Shown here: positions 13,935 through 27,000 of the stretch, in pieces
Position numbering within the stretch: the first letter of the stretch is position 1
Layout of the letters: every line of letters begins with the position of its first letter
Assembly: GCA_013239625.1 (NCBI GenBank)
Contig: MU053934.1
Location: 3,552,399 to 3,616,398 of the forward strand
Length of the DNA stretch: 64,000 nucleotides
Direction: 5' to 3'
From: Lama guanicoe
Taxonomy: Eukaryota
Made by a program: the position numbers and the translations under genes
The notes under the pieces: model-generated
The model's database searches: none
What the model was told of the DNA's origin: nothing
What the model saw: the letters and a program-made list of their open reading frames with translations, nothing else

Positions 13935-14199
13935 AAAAGACTCACCCGATTATTGCTGGCTTTTAATATGGAAAGAGCCCACAAGCCAAGGAATGCAGGG
14001 TGCCTCTGGAACTTGGAAAAGCCAAGAAAACAGATTCTTCCCTAGAGCCTCCAGGAGTGCACACCTGTTGACACCTTGATTTTAGCCCAGTGAGACCCAT
14101 TGTGGACTCTGAACTCAAGAACTGTAAGATAATAAGTACGTATTGTTCTAAGCCACCAAGTTTGGGGTAATTTGGTCCAGCAGCAGCGGACACTATACA
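13935..14199 (+). mobile_element. MLT1D-like LTR, 3' half
   Basis: GCCAAGGAATGCAGG...CAGATTCTTCCCTAGAGCCTCCAG...GACACCTTGATTTTAGCCCAGTGAGACCC...AAGCCACCAAGTTTG...ATACA. Confidence 0.8.
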
Positions 14200-14329
14200 C
14201 TGAGTAACATTCTTTTCCTATCTCTCTTCAGGGTAGAAGGGAAAGCCCCCAGGACAGCCAGGCGTAACTCTCTGACCTCATCCAGGAGGCTGCGGGGCAA
14301 AATTTTCTCTACTGTTAAAAGAAGCTTGA

Positions 14330-14812
14330 ATACACCCATATTCATAGCAGTATTACCCACGGTAGTCAAAAGGTAGAAGCAAACCAAGTGTTCATTAGTG
14401 AATAAATGGATAAACAAAGTGGAGCATATACATGCCACGGAATATTACTCAGCATTAAAAAGGAAGAAAAGTCTGACACATGCTACAACGTGCATGAAAC
14501 TTGAGGATATTATGCTAAGTGAAAAAAGCCAGTCACAAAAGAACAAATACTGTATGATCCCACTTATACGAGGTCCCTGGAGTAGACAGATTCATAGAGA
14601 CAGAAAGTAAAACTGTAGTTGCCAGGGCTGGAAGAGGGGAGGTTGGAGAGTTATTTAATGAGGGCAGAGTTTCAGTTGTGCAAGATGAAAAAAATTCTGG
14701 AGACTGGGTGCACAACAATGTGAACATACTTCGTATACTACTAAACTATATACTTAAAAATGGTTAAGATGCTAAATTTTGTTACGTGTATTTTATCACA
14801 ATTGAAAAAATA
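14330..14812 (+). mobile_element. Old L1 (L1MB/ME-like) 3' end
   Basis: TTCATAGCAGTATT...ATGGATAAACAAA...GAATATTACTCAGCATTAAAAAGG...GCTAAGTGAAAAAAGCCAGTCACAAAAG...ACTTAAAAATGGTTAAG. Confidence 0.85.
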
Positions 14813-15394
14813 AGAGCAAAAGAAGCTTAGAAAGCAGTGAGCACCCCCTTAATGAAGAAGGATCTCTCACCAGGAAGAAAAATCTGCAGCCTTTTTCCTC
14901 TCTTTGTTGTAATACGGACAATCTGTTTGAAGGGAAGGGACACACAAATTCATTCGTTTGTTCAAGAAAATAAGTAAGGGGTCCCTTACTTAATGACAAT
15001 GGTGATAATCTATAATTTGATAAATTTCCAAGAGTGACATTAAAGGGCCTTTGTCCTCTGAGCCTTAGGACTTCATCCATTGCTCCTTTCCTTCTGCATT
15101 TGTTCTTTAGAAAGAAGCAGCAGAGAAAGTGGTAAGCACATTGTTGTCAGACATTTCTTAGTCTGAAATCCAGCTCTGCCATTTATTGGCTGTGACTTTG
15201 GGAAAGTTACTTCACCTCTGCTTCAGTTTCCCCATCTGTAAATTGAGAATAATAGCAGTGTCCATGCCTCAGCATTACAAGGAAGATTGAATGTCTTAAG
15301 TAAGGCCAGTGCCTGGCACACACTGACATGTGCTGGCCGTCCCAGGAGTAGGATTCATTCAGGTTCACGTATCAGTTAACATCCTCTGAGCATC

Positions 15395-15772
15395 TGTAAC
15401 TGAACAGGACCCTACGGGGCCTTTCTGGAAAAGACCCACGCCTACCCCCATGTCTTCCTCTCATCTGTAGAAAAACTTTAGTCTCCTAGGCCTCCCGGAG
15501 TTCCAAAGAGTACATTTCATCAGAGAAGTGAGAAAATGCAGAAAGAAAGGAAAACAGTCAAGCAAGACAAAATAATAATAGTTCAGCCATTAAACAAAGT
15601 CGAGGAGTTCAGGAGTCAGCAGTCAGGGAGTTCAGGTCTTTGAAGCACTAGCTGCCTGGACTCCTTGCTTGGCGCCTGCAATACTGTACCTTCCTTCACC
15701 ACAACCCGGTGTCAGGAGATTGACTGGCTTTACAGCATGTGGGCAAGCAGATCCAAGTTTGGCTTGGTAACA
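15395..15772 (+). mobile_element. ERV1-class solo LTR (MER41-related artiodactyl type), probably internally deleted
   Basis: TG...CA termini (TGTAAC...GGTAACA) with an exact 4-bp TSD CATC (15391-15394 and 15773-15776). Family assignment is from recall only. Confidence 0.7.
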
Positions 15773-15856
15773 CATCTATGATGAGAACACTGTGCTCAGC
15801 GTGAATCAACAGAGCAGGTGAGAATCCCCCACCCCCAGGAAACTCCTGGCCTCACA

Positions 15857-16086
15857 CAGTATCTCTACATCGTGCAATGGACCTTTGGGGCTGGATAATC
15901 CTTTGCTGCGGCGGGGGGCGGGGGAGTGGTTTGCTGCGCTGTGCATTGTAGGCTGTTACAGCAGCATCCCTGGGCTCTATCCACGAGATGCCAGTAGCAT
16001 TGCCCCAGTCGTGACCATCAAAAATGTTTCCAGGCATTGCCAAATGTCCTTGGGGGCACAAAATTGTCTCCATTTGAGAGCCACTG
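15857..16086 (+). mobile_element. MER20-like hAT-Charlie DNA transposon
   Basis: GGGGCTGGATAATCCTTTG...TGCATTGTAGG...AGCAGCATCCCTGG...AAAAATGTTTCCAGGCATTGCCAAATGTCC...GAGAGCCACTG. Confidence 0.85.
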
Positions 16087-16739
16087 AACTACACTGCCAG
16101 GTAGAAATTCTTGAGAAGCACCAGAGCAGGGGAGGTGTGGAAGTCAGCAAGGCCTCATGGAGAAGGCAGTCCTGGGGCTGGGCTTTGAGTGGGTTAGGAG
16201 TTCCAGAGGAGGGGGCTCTTGTCCCACCTCCCCATCATTTTTGGCTGGCTCCTCTTCCTCTGCCTGATTCTGAAATGCTGGGATCCCAGGGGCCATGTCC
16301 AGGGCCCATGTCCAGGGCCCCTTCCCCACTCCGTCTCCACACTTCCTTTGAGAAGGGCTGACACTTTGCTACAAACCCTGCCAATTCCCCGTCTCTAGCC
16401 CAGACCTCTCTCCTGAGCCCCTGACTCTTTTTCTGGCTTCCTCCAGACACCTCCTCTTGGCTCTGCAGATTGAGTGTGGCCCTTGCCCCTCCTCACCACA
16501 GTCCACATCCTGACACCCCGACTGACACCTTCAGCTTTCTTTTCCTTTATCTTGCTCTTCAAGGCTTGTCAGTCTGACTGCTTGAATGTCCCTGAAATCC
16601 AGGCCTTCCTCTCTGTCCCCACAGCTGGCTTTGCCACTTCCACACTGATTTCTTTTAGGTGTGTAAAAGCTGGGGGTTCAACCTGTGTCCACAGAGCCCT
16701 GCTCCTGAGTTCCAGAGGGTTGGAAGGGCTCCTGGAGAC

Positions 16740-18030
16740 CCTCTTGTCAAATATCTTCACTTTCCAGTGAGGGCAACTCCCATGCCACAAGCACAGATGA
16801 TGGCCGTTGCTGCCCTGACCAGTGGCATTTGACAGATTGGCTTCTCCCTTCCCACCTGGGTACACTCCCTTCCTCACTGGTCTTAAGGACACCCCCTCCT
16901 CTGGTTTTCCTCCCATCCTCCTGGTTGCTCATCCTTGGTCTTCCTTGGTGGTGTCTCCTCTTCACTCCTCCCTTCTCATGTCAGTGTTCCCAGGCCCACC
17001 ATTTTGTCTTCTTCCTGTCTGCCTCCACTCACTCTGGCATGCCATGCAGGGCTTTCGATATCAGCCACCTGCCTGAGCTCCCAGGTGTGCATCTAAGGCC
17101 CCAAACTCCCTGGACTCCAAACTCAGAATTCTTCTATTTACCTGCCTTCTCAGCATCTCCACTCACACATCTGGGAGGCATCTCAAATCTAACCCAGCCA
17201 GAACTCTCAAACCCTAGGTCTTCCCTATCTCAGTTAATGACAGCTCCATCTTCGATTTTTCAAGCCCAAATCCTTGGGATCCTCCTGGGACCTGACCACT
17301 TCCCACCCCCTCCACTGCTGCCACATGGGCCAAACTACCAGATCTCTCACCTGGACTATTGCAAGAGTCTCCCAACCTCCCAACCTTGCTTCTGTCCTTG
17401 CTCTCTGCAGCCTCTTCACACAGCAACCAGAGTTGACTGTGGTTGACAATTGCCTGGGTCCCACCATGTCCCTCTTCTGCTCAAAACTCTCCAATGGCTT
17501 CCATCTCACTCAGAGTAAAAGCCAAAGTCCCTACAATGGCCCACAAAACTCTACATGACTTGTGTCTCCTTTACTTCCTGGCCCTTAACTTAAAAAAAAA
17601 AATCTGTCTCCTCCTCCTGTCCTTCTTAATTCAACCACCCTGTACACTCCTGCCACAGGGACTTTGCACTGGCTGTTCCCTCTGCTTGGAAGATTTTTCC
17701 TCCAAGAATAAGAATAGCTCTCTCTCTCATCTCTTTTGATTCTTTGCTCATGTGTCAGCTTCTTAATGAGTCCTTCTCTGACCTCTCTATTTAAAATTGC
17801 AAACATCCTCCTCTCAGCACTATCTATTAACTACCCCCTCACCCTATTCTAATTTTGTCTTTGCAGTTATGGCTTTCCAACATACTAAATAATTAAGTTC
17901 TTTATTTAGTCTATCGCTTTTCTGCCTTCTCTACTAGAATGTCAGCTCCACAAGGGCAGGGATCTCGAGTCTCTTGTTCAGAGCCCCATCCCAGTGCTGA
18001 TCCCAGTGCCTGACACTTATCAGGTGAATA
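16740..18030 (+). mobile_element. L2 LINE 3' fragment
   Basis: GGCATTTGACAG...CATCTCAAATCTAAC...CACCTGGACTATTGC...CAGAGTAAAAGCCAAAGTCC...CTAGAATGTCAGCTCCACAAGGGCAGGG...CCCAGTGCCTG. Confidence 0.75.
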
Positions 18031-18399
18031 CCTACCTCAGAGTTCCAAAGACCAGAATGAGTTCTTGTCTTGCAAGGTCTCAAGAGACCAAGATAGTGAG
18101 TGGGAAAGTTCATTGGCTTAGGAGTCTGTCACCTGTCACCCTCCTCCAGGCTGACCCATCTTAGACAAGTCATTTAGCCATCGTAGACCTCCTCTCTGAA
18201 AAATGGAAATGGTATGTATTAAGGGCTCAGTAGATGCTGGCACATTGACACACGCGTATTAATAAAGACAGGGCCCCTGGCATTCTAGTGCAATTTACGC
18301 TTTTTCATACAGGATTTCATTTCACTCTCACACCAACCCCAGAGGTAGGTAGAGGTATCTTTTTGACAGGTAAAAACGCTAAGGCTTTTTTTGAAAAGT

Positions 18400-19130
18400 A
18401 AAAAAAGCATCGGGGAGGCCTGGACCCCTCCCCACGTGCATGGACAGGCATGTCTGATCCCCTCTCCATGCCGGGGGCGGCCAGGCGGTTCCGAGGCTCG
18501 CAAGGGTCCCGCGCGGGTCGCAGTGCGGGGCTCGCCATTGAGGAACTACATTTCCCAGGAGGAATTGCCCGCAGCTCTGCGGCTCCGGGGCTTTTAAAGG
18601 GCTCGCATTAAATGGGGCGGAGGGAGTTCTGCATTCTGCCCGCCAGTAAACATCTCTGAGCTTGGTGGGGGCCCGAAAGCGCCCTGCCAAGGTGTGCAGC
18701 GGGGTCGAGCCGCAATCAAGAAGCCCCCTCAAGACCTGCAGTGTCAGCGAGGCGAGGTGAGGCCAAGCCAATCTGGAGGCAGCCTGTCCTCTTCGTGCCC
18801 ACCTCCGCCTCAGACCTTGCACCCAATTCCGGGGCATCCCCTCTTGGCCCCCTTTCCCCACCAGTTCTTCTGAATGCCGGGGAGGGGCGGTGAATCTCGC
18901 CACCTTGCGGGGAGAAGGGCTGTCTGATCGCGGTAAAGCCCACGAGACCCCGAAGCGAACCCTCCCTCCATTTCTGCCTTCAGTTCCGGTAAAGAATTTA
19001 CAGGTTGCTGCGATGGGTGGGGATTAGAGATGTGAGAGCTACAAAATGTAGCGAAGGTCTGGGAGGGCCAGAAGGTGAGCCTCAGAGTGCGCCCCCACAT
19101 CTAACCTTCCTAGTCCCGCGGCCTCCACCG
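18400..19130. promoter_or_regulatory. Small CpG-rich promoter-like element upstream of H1-0
   Basis: Locally high CpG; ZNF143-type ACTACATTTCCCAG 18545-18558; GGGGCGG boxes near 18613 and 18884; CCAAT 18768-18772. Confidence 0.55.
18897..18910 (-). promoter_or_regulatory. CTCF-like motif
   Basis: Minus strand CCGCAAGGTGGCGA, matching CCGCNNGGNGGC. Confidence 0.55.
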
Positions 19131-20552
19131 TGAAATGAGGGTCTTGGGGGTAGTGATCGTGTTGATTGCCTCCCCAGGCAAGAGGAGCAAAGGATCAAGA
19201 AATGGGTGGAGAGCGCTGTGCAAATAAAATTATTTCATCATCGTGCCATTGGATTCATCCAGTCCTTATTTTCAGACACGCAGGGACCTGGGGTCGGGGG
19301 ACGACATGTCTCTGGGAGTCCAGTGTGGTACAACATCAGGGACCTCAGGCTGTCCATGTGGATGATTATTTTCCCATTCAGACCTTAGTGGAAACCAGAA
19401 AAATTTTCTTTGAAAATAACCAAAACAAACCCACCAGAATGTTGTGTTTTCAAATCAGGAAACTTCGGGGTAACTGACACCATCCAGATAAGAAGGTTGA
19501 CCTTTTGAACTAACCTGGCCTTCCCTGGCTTCTCTTCCCTGCCTGTGCCACCAAGATAAGCCCGGGAGAAGTCATCCTATACCGACACGGAGGCTCAGGA
19601 CTTCCCCTCCCCCTTCCCTATCATTTGGATTAATCCATCCCTTGGTGTAGGGGGAACCCGTTAATTTCCTTGGCCTCAAAGACTCCAAAGTCCAGTAGGA
19701 GCTCTTCCCCCAGACGTCCCAGTCACGACCAGTCCCCCCATCTAAACCCTCCAACCATTCCCCCTTCCCCTCCTCAACAGCAGGTGTCTGCAAACAGCTC
19801 GGGGACCCTACCTTAATAGAGAGACGCCTTCATCATTCTGACCAGCTATAAACCCCTACTACCAGGGTATTGTTTAAATGAAGAGTGACGAGCCTCTTTG
19901 CTTAGGGAATAAAAGCGGGTTTGTTGTGAGAGGGAGCTCAGAGGGCCAGCATCCCAGAATCTTAACCCAGGGCCCCTGCCAAGTGGGTACCCTGCACGTG
20001 AGTAGCTCTGTCACAGACAAGGGGTCCCATCTGCTAGCCTCTGGACCCTAAAGCCTCTGTGAGCCCCCAAGACTCCCTACAGACGGTCGGGCCCCTTGTT
20101 TTCCTCATCTATACCTGCCAAGCAACACTGAAAAAGATGTATACATTTTAACAAAGACCTTGCATCTTCCCAGCAAAATGGCCGTGGTCCTGGCCTCGGC
20201 TCCCTGAACAACTCACACTTTCGGAGGATTAGTCACGACTCAAGGAACGCGACCCCATCCTAGATCCCCTTCCTTAGAGCCCCTTTTCCCCAAGCTCCCA
20301 AAGCTCTCAGGGCTTCTCCTCATCCCAGGGGCCCCCAAGACAGTAGTTAGAGCCTGCGGGGCAGCTCCTTCATTGAGGACAGCCTCCCTCATTGCCTTCA
20401 AGGAGCCCTGGGAGAGGGACTGGACCCCCCAGGGTGGGCCCTAGAGGTAGGGGCAGCGAGCTCTGCCTCTGATACCCTAAAACTCCTAGGCTGAGGGAGG
20501 ACTATAAATGAATTCCCGGTTACGATATATGGGGGATGTGGGGGGTCTTTGA

Positions 20553-22202
<1,650 letters not shown>

Positions 22203-23403
22203 CAATGAGGCTTTTCTTGTGGACACTCCTGCTTGTCTCCTATTTTCTGTAAATACTTTTCTCCTTTCTTTTCTCTTGATCCTCATCTGCAGCCCGTTGC
22301 CCCTTTCTATTCTGACTTTATGAAGAGACAATTTGGATTCCTCAGAAATTAGGAAATAGTTCTTTTTTCTTTAACCAATCATGCAAGGACAGCAACAAGA
22401 GATCTTATCTTTGTAAAGATGAGAATGTACTTACTTTGTTTTGTTAATTTGTTATTAATCTACTTATAGGGTTGAGGATTTGGGTGGGTTTGTGTGTTTT
22501 GTTTAATTGGATGGTTGGTTCACTCTGAAGGTAAAAGTCGGGGAAGAATGGGCAAGGCAGCTTGTTGTGGCTAGGTGCAAGGGAGCCCAGTAATTGTGAG
22601 GTTTGTAGGGGTACCTATGAGGCAAGTGAGCTTTAAGTTGAACACCCCTTGTGAGAGTTTCAGAACCTTGGTGTAGAGAAGAGGGGTAGCAGCAGCTGGA
22701 TGGCAAAGGAGGGAGGTGGGAAAAAACCCTCTTTGGACTGACTTCCACCTCCCAGTGGTGAGCAGTGGGGCATCCAAATCCAGTTTCCTTCTCACTTCAG
22801 TCAGTCTGCCCCTGTGGCCTCCCTTTTGTCCTAGGGAAGGGGAGGGGGTCCAAGTTACAGCTGGCCCAAGAAGCTGTGGCTTCTCTCAGTCAGTTGGAAA
22901 CTAGCCATTGGGGAATCTCTGGCTTTGAAGTCTCCTATTAAAGGGCAGTGGAACCTTTGGGGAGAGGGTGGGAAGTCAGTCAGCCAAGTGCCTCAGTGTG
23001 CCCTGTTGAAACTTGGGTTTTTCCACACAATTGGATTGTATCCTAGGAGGACTTTTTTCCTTTCCCCCCTTATTTTTGGTGCCTCCTGTACAGAGGTGGC
23101 TCTGCTTGGTGGTCTGGTGGGGCTCCAGCCCTGCCACCCGCCACTTAAAAACCTCCCGACCTCTATACTTCTGAGTCTTTTATAAGTAGTTGTAGATGGG
23201 GAAGGAGGGTGGGGGCGGGGAGTGGACAGTAAGACATACTTCAGTCGACTTTGAATTGCTAAGTAGTTTTACAGAGCTAGCTAGGTCTGTGTGTATGTTT
23301 GTGCATATGTATATATACATATCTAGGGCTAGTACTTACTTTTCGCACCCGGGAGCTGGGAGAAAAAACGTGTACAGTCGTCTTTTCCCTTTTTTTTTTT
23401 TTT

Positions 23404-23512
23404 AATAAAATAGGAAAACGCTCATTTGCGCCCCCCCCCTTTATTTTTAAACAAGTGTTATTTGTGCCGGGAAGAATTTGCTGTCTTTGTAATTTTAAAA
23501 CTTTAAAATAAA
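23404..23512 (+). terminator. H1-0 poly(A) signals
   Basis: AATAAA at 23404-23409 and 23507-23512, 1.2-1.3 kb after the stop. No histone 3' stem-loop seen after the stop, as expected for polyadenylated H1.0. Confidence 0.75.
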
Positions 23513-23929
23513 ATTGGAAAAGGAAAAAAAAACCTGAGCGGTGAGTTTTTCCTCACTTCTAAGATTGAAGGAAAATGTGGAGCAAGTGAATGGGCGCGCA
23601 GTGGGGGAAATCTGGGGGCGTTTGCACCTGAGAACGGGAGGATGCCAAGAGCTCGCCAGAACCCCGGAAACCCTAGGGTTGGAGGGTACGGAACGTACCT
23701 CAGCCCGCTTCTAGGCGGCTGCCTAGAAGGAGTCCAGGAGCCCAGAGGGCATACCCTTCCTTTCGGAGAGGTGTGTGTAGGTACGGCCTGGGAATGGGAG
23801 GTGGGGGAGTCTGATGGGCTGGGCCTTGACGAGCCTTCTTCCGTCGGGTCGCCTCCCCTTCCCTCACACGGAGAGTTCCAGTCTCAATTTACAGCTCAAT
23901 CCACTTTCGTCCTCTGCGGATCCCGCCAG

Positions 23930-24073
23930 GCCCCGCCCGCCCATCCCTGGGTCCGCCTCCCCTGCTCCTTTAGCTGGGACCCCTCTCCTTCCGATTGGCT
24001 GTCAGAGCCCGGCCCCCACCACGTGATCAGGCCCCGGCCGCACTGCGCACGGTCCAGAGCGCGTTCGGGAGAG
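23930..24073 (+). promoter_or_regulatory. GCAT proximal promoter
   Basis: GC boxes (CCCGCCC near 23932), reverse CCAAT (ATTGG near 23994) and E-box CACGTG 24020-24025. CpG-rich and directly upstream of exon 1. Confidence 0.65.
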
Positions 24074-27000
24074 ATGGGTCCTACGTGGGCTGGCCGCGTC
24101 CTCTGCGCTGCGCTCTCCCAGGCCCCCCGCGGCCGCCGCGCGCAGTCCGCGCTGGCTCAGCTGCGTGGCATTCTGGAGGAGGAGCTGGAAGGCATCCGCG
24201 GGGCTGGTACCTGGAAAAGCGAGCGAGTCATCACGTCTCGTCAGGGGCCGCGCATACACGTGGACGGTGTCTCTGGAGGTAACTCCCCATCCTGGGAATC
24301 GTCAGACCTGACCGGGTGTTCAAGGGCCGTTCTGAGGCATGCGCTGGAATTGAGGTCCTGGAGGCAGTGGGCTGGCGGGAGCACCTGCACACGTAGCCAC
24401 TGGACCCTTTCCCATGTATCAGGCAGACTTGCCGACTTCCCACAGTTAACTCTAACCTGGTGAGACTCGTTTCCACGGAGGGAGGTAATTTGCCCTTGAA
24501 GACTTTTTTGGCTCAACGAACAGGGCTGGATCGAGGCCCAACTCTGAGAACGTGAGAGCAAAATAGACACGCAGCTGGCTCCCACCATATGGCTTCAAGG
24601 AAGGGTGGTGGGAAGGCAGCAGCAAGAAATCCTGCATTTCTGGAGTTGCTGCTTTGTTCAGGCTTCTACTAATGGCTGCATGTGGAGTCCTACAAATCCC
24701 GGAACGTAGGAATGACTAATCCCATTTGCAGAGAAGCCGAGGCTCAGAGATGTGAAGTGGCTTGCCGGAGAGTCTCCACCTAGCTGGAGGCAGAGCCAGA
24801 CTTTGGTCTAGTTCTTCCGGCATATTGGAGCTGGAAGGTCAGCCAGCTGGCTGTAGACGCCAACTCCCTGGCGAAAATCACAGTGAGCAAGGGACTTGAG
24901 GGCTGCTGCAGAAGTCACGTTATGAACTGGCCTACCAGCCCTCCCTGTTTCTGTCTCACTGTCCATGTTGTGTGTGCCAGGCCCCAGGTGGGTGCTGGTT
25001 ACAAACGGCCCCCAAACCTGCCTTCTACCCAGGACATAAGCATAGAATCCTCAGTGCAGCTGTGCTCATTTGTAAAACAGAGGTGCCAGGAAGTCCCTAC
25101 CTTCCCCCAGGGAGCTTGGAGCAGATCAGAAGATGGGAAATTAAGAGGAAACCCAGATTCTCATCCTGTTTTTGCCTCTTCCAAGCTGAGTAAACTTCTA
25201 GATCCTTAGTTTCCTCTTCAGGTCAGCTGTGTTCACTTTGGGCTTTACAACTCGGGTTAAGGTCTCAGAGGCTGGGCATGCAGTTCTGTACCAAGCAGCA
25301 AAGTCAACTGTGTGGAGTCTGGGGACCAGGGTGGGTCTCTGACCTAGCCCTGTTCTTTTACCCACGAGGAAACCAGGGCACAAATGAGGAGTTGCTGCTG
25401 GTCTTCAGTGACTTGAGAAGTCAGTGTGGCAGGGCTGGGTTCCTCTTTGAGTGAAGTGTGATGCAAAGTCAGAGTTTAAACTTATCTTCAAGGCTCTGCT
25501 CTGAATCCTTCCCTGAACCTCCCCATCCTGTAGCTATTGGATTCGGTGCTTCCTAGGGGCTCTCGGCTCCCCATCATGGCTTCTGCCCCAGAATGGATCA
25601 TATTGTATGGTTGTTGCCTTTCCAAGGATGAATCCAAATTCATTTCCTCTCTGAGTCCCCAGGGCCTGACACTGACACCTTTCCAAGCCCTTCTTTGCCT
25701 TGAGCTGCTGTGTCTGTCCCCTGTCCTCCACCTCAGGAATCCTTAACTTCTGTGCCAACAACTACCTGGGCCTGAGCAGTCACCCGGAGGTGATCCAGGC
25801 AGGTCTGCAGGCCCTGAAGGAGTTTGGAGCCGGCCTTAGCTCTGTCCGCTTCATCTGTGGGACCCAGGTACACGTGGGTGTATCCAGGCCAGTGGGAGTG
25901 GGGGCAGTGTGAGAAGGGGGATGGTCTCCCAGCTTTGGGCACTGACCCCAGATGTCGCTTCCACAGTCACCAGGGCTAGCTTGGCCAGATCAGCTCATCC
26001 CAGAACTCTGGGACCACTCTTAGCCCCAGAGTGGTCCACCAGAAAGGGTGGGTTCAGGCTTCTATTTTGCTCTGAAACCTTGGGCAGGAAACTTTACCTC
26101 TCTGAACATTCATTTCCCCCCTTGCAGAACAGAGCTCCTTCTCCTGTTACTCTTCAGGAAAGGAAGAATAGAAGGCAGGGATTGAGATGGAGGGTTCTGG
26201 AGATACTCAGCCTGAGCTTGGTTCCCAACACCACCATTTATTAGTTCTGTTACTGTGGGCAAGTGTCTTAACTTCTCTGTGCCTCAATGCCTTCATTGGT
26301 AAAGTGGGGATAATAGTACTTGGTAAGATTATCCCAAATGAGAGAGTTAAATTAAAGAGTTAATACATGGAAAGATGGTTAGAGTAGTGCCTAGCACATA
26401 GTAGTGCTCAGTGAATGTTGGTTATTAATTTTATTTTGTAAATTTCTTAAAATGAACTTTTATAAACATGAAATTATAGCTTACTGTGTATCAGGTGCTG
26501 TTTTAAGAACATTATGAATATTAATTCATTAATGCTAATAATAATCCCAAGTGATAAATGCTATTCTTATCCCTGTTATAGAGATGAAGGCACTGAGGCT
26601 CAGAGAAGTTAAATGACTGGCCCAAGGGCACACAGCCTGTTGTGGTGGAACTTGAACCCAGATGGTCTGATTCAAGAGTGGGTGTTTCTGATTCCTTGTA
26701 ATTATTTTTATCTGTCCTCTTAGAAAAGTGAAGGTGAAATGAATGTCAGAGACAGAACTCCTGACTCCCAGCCAGGGTACTTTAGACCGGACAGCTTTCA
26801 AATTTAAGAATTTGAGCCTCCTCCCCACCCCCAAAAAACATGTGAGACCCAAGTGAACCTAGAGTTACTTTTGTAATCTTCTTTGCCATTAAGCAACCGA
26901 AAAAGGGGCTCAGTGTGCTATCAGGAAGACATTAGCACCCATAATTCTACCATCAGACTCCCATTGTGAAATGAAGACCCAACCCAGAAGGGGCACCTAG

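Noticed and set aside
1..18400. TRIOBP 3' exons expected from human synteny, and track ORFs such as 2225-2899 and 3977-4516
   Set aside because: I recognised no TRIOBP peptide or consistent exon structure. The ORFs are low-complexity or overlap repeats.
23642..24073. 5' extension of GCAT exon 1 (273-aa track ORF)
   Set aside because: It spans the GCAT promoter and continues into intron 1; no recognisable protein similarity.
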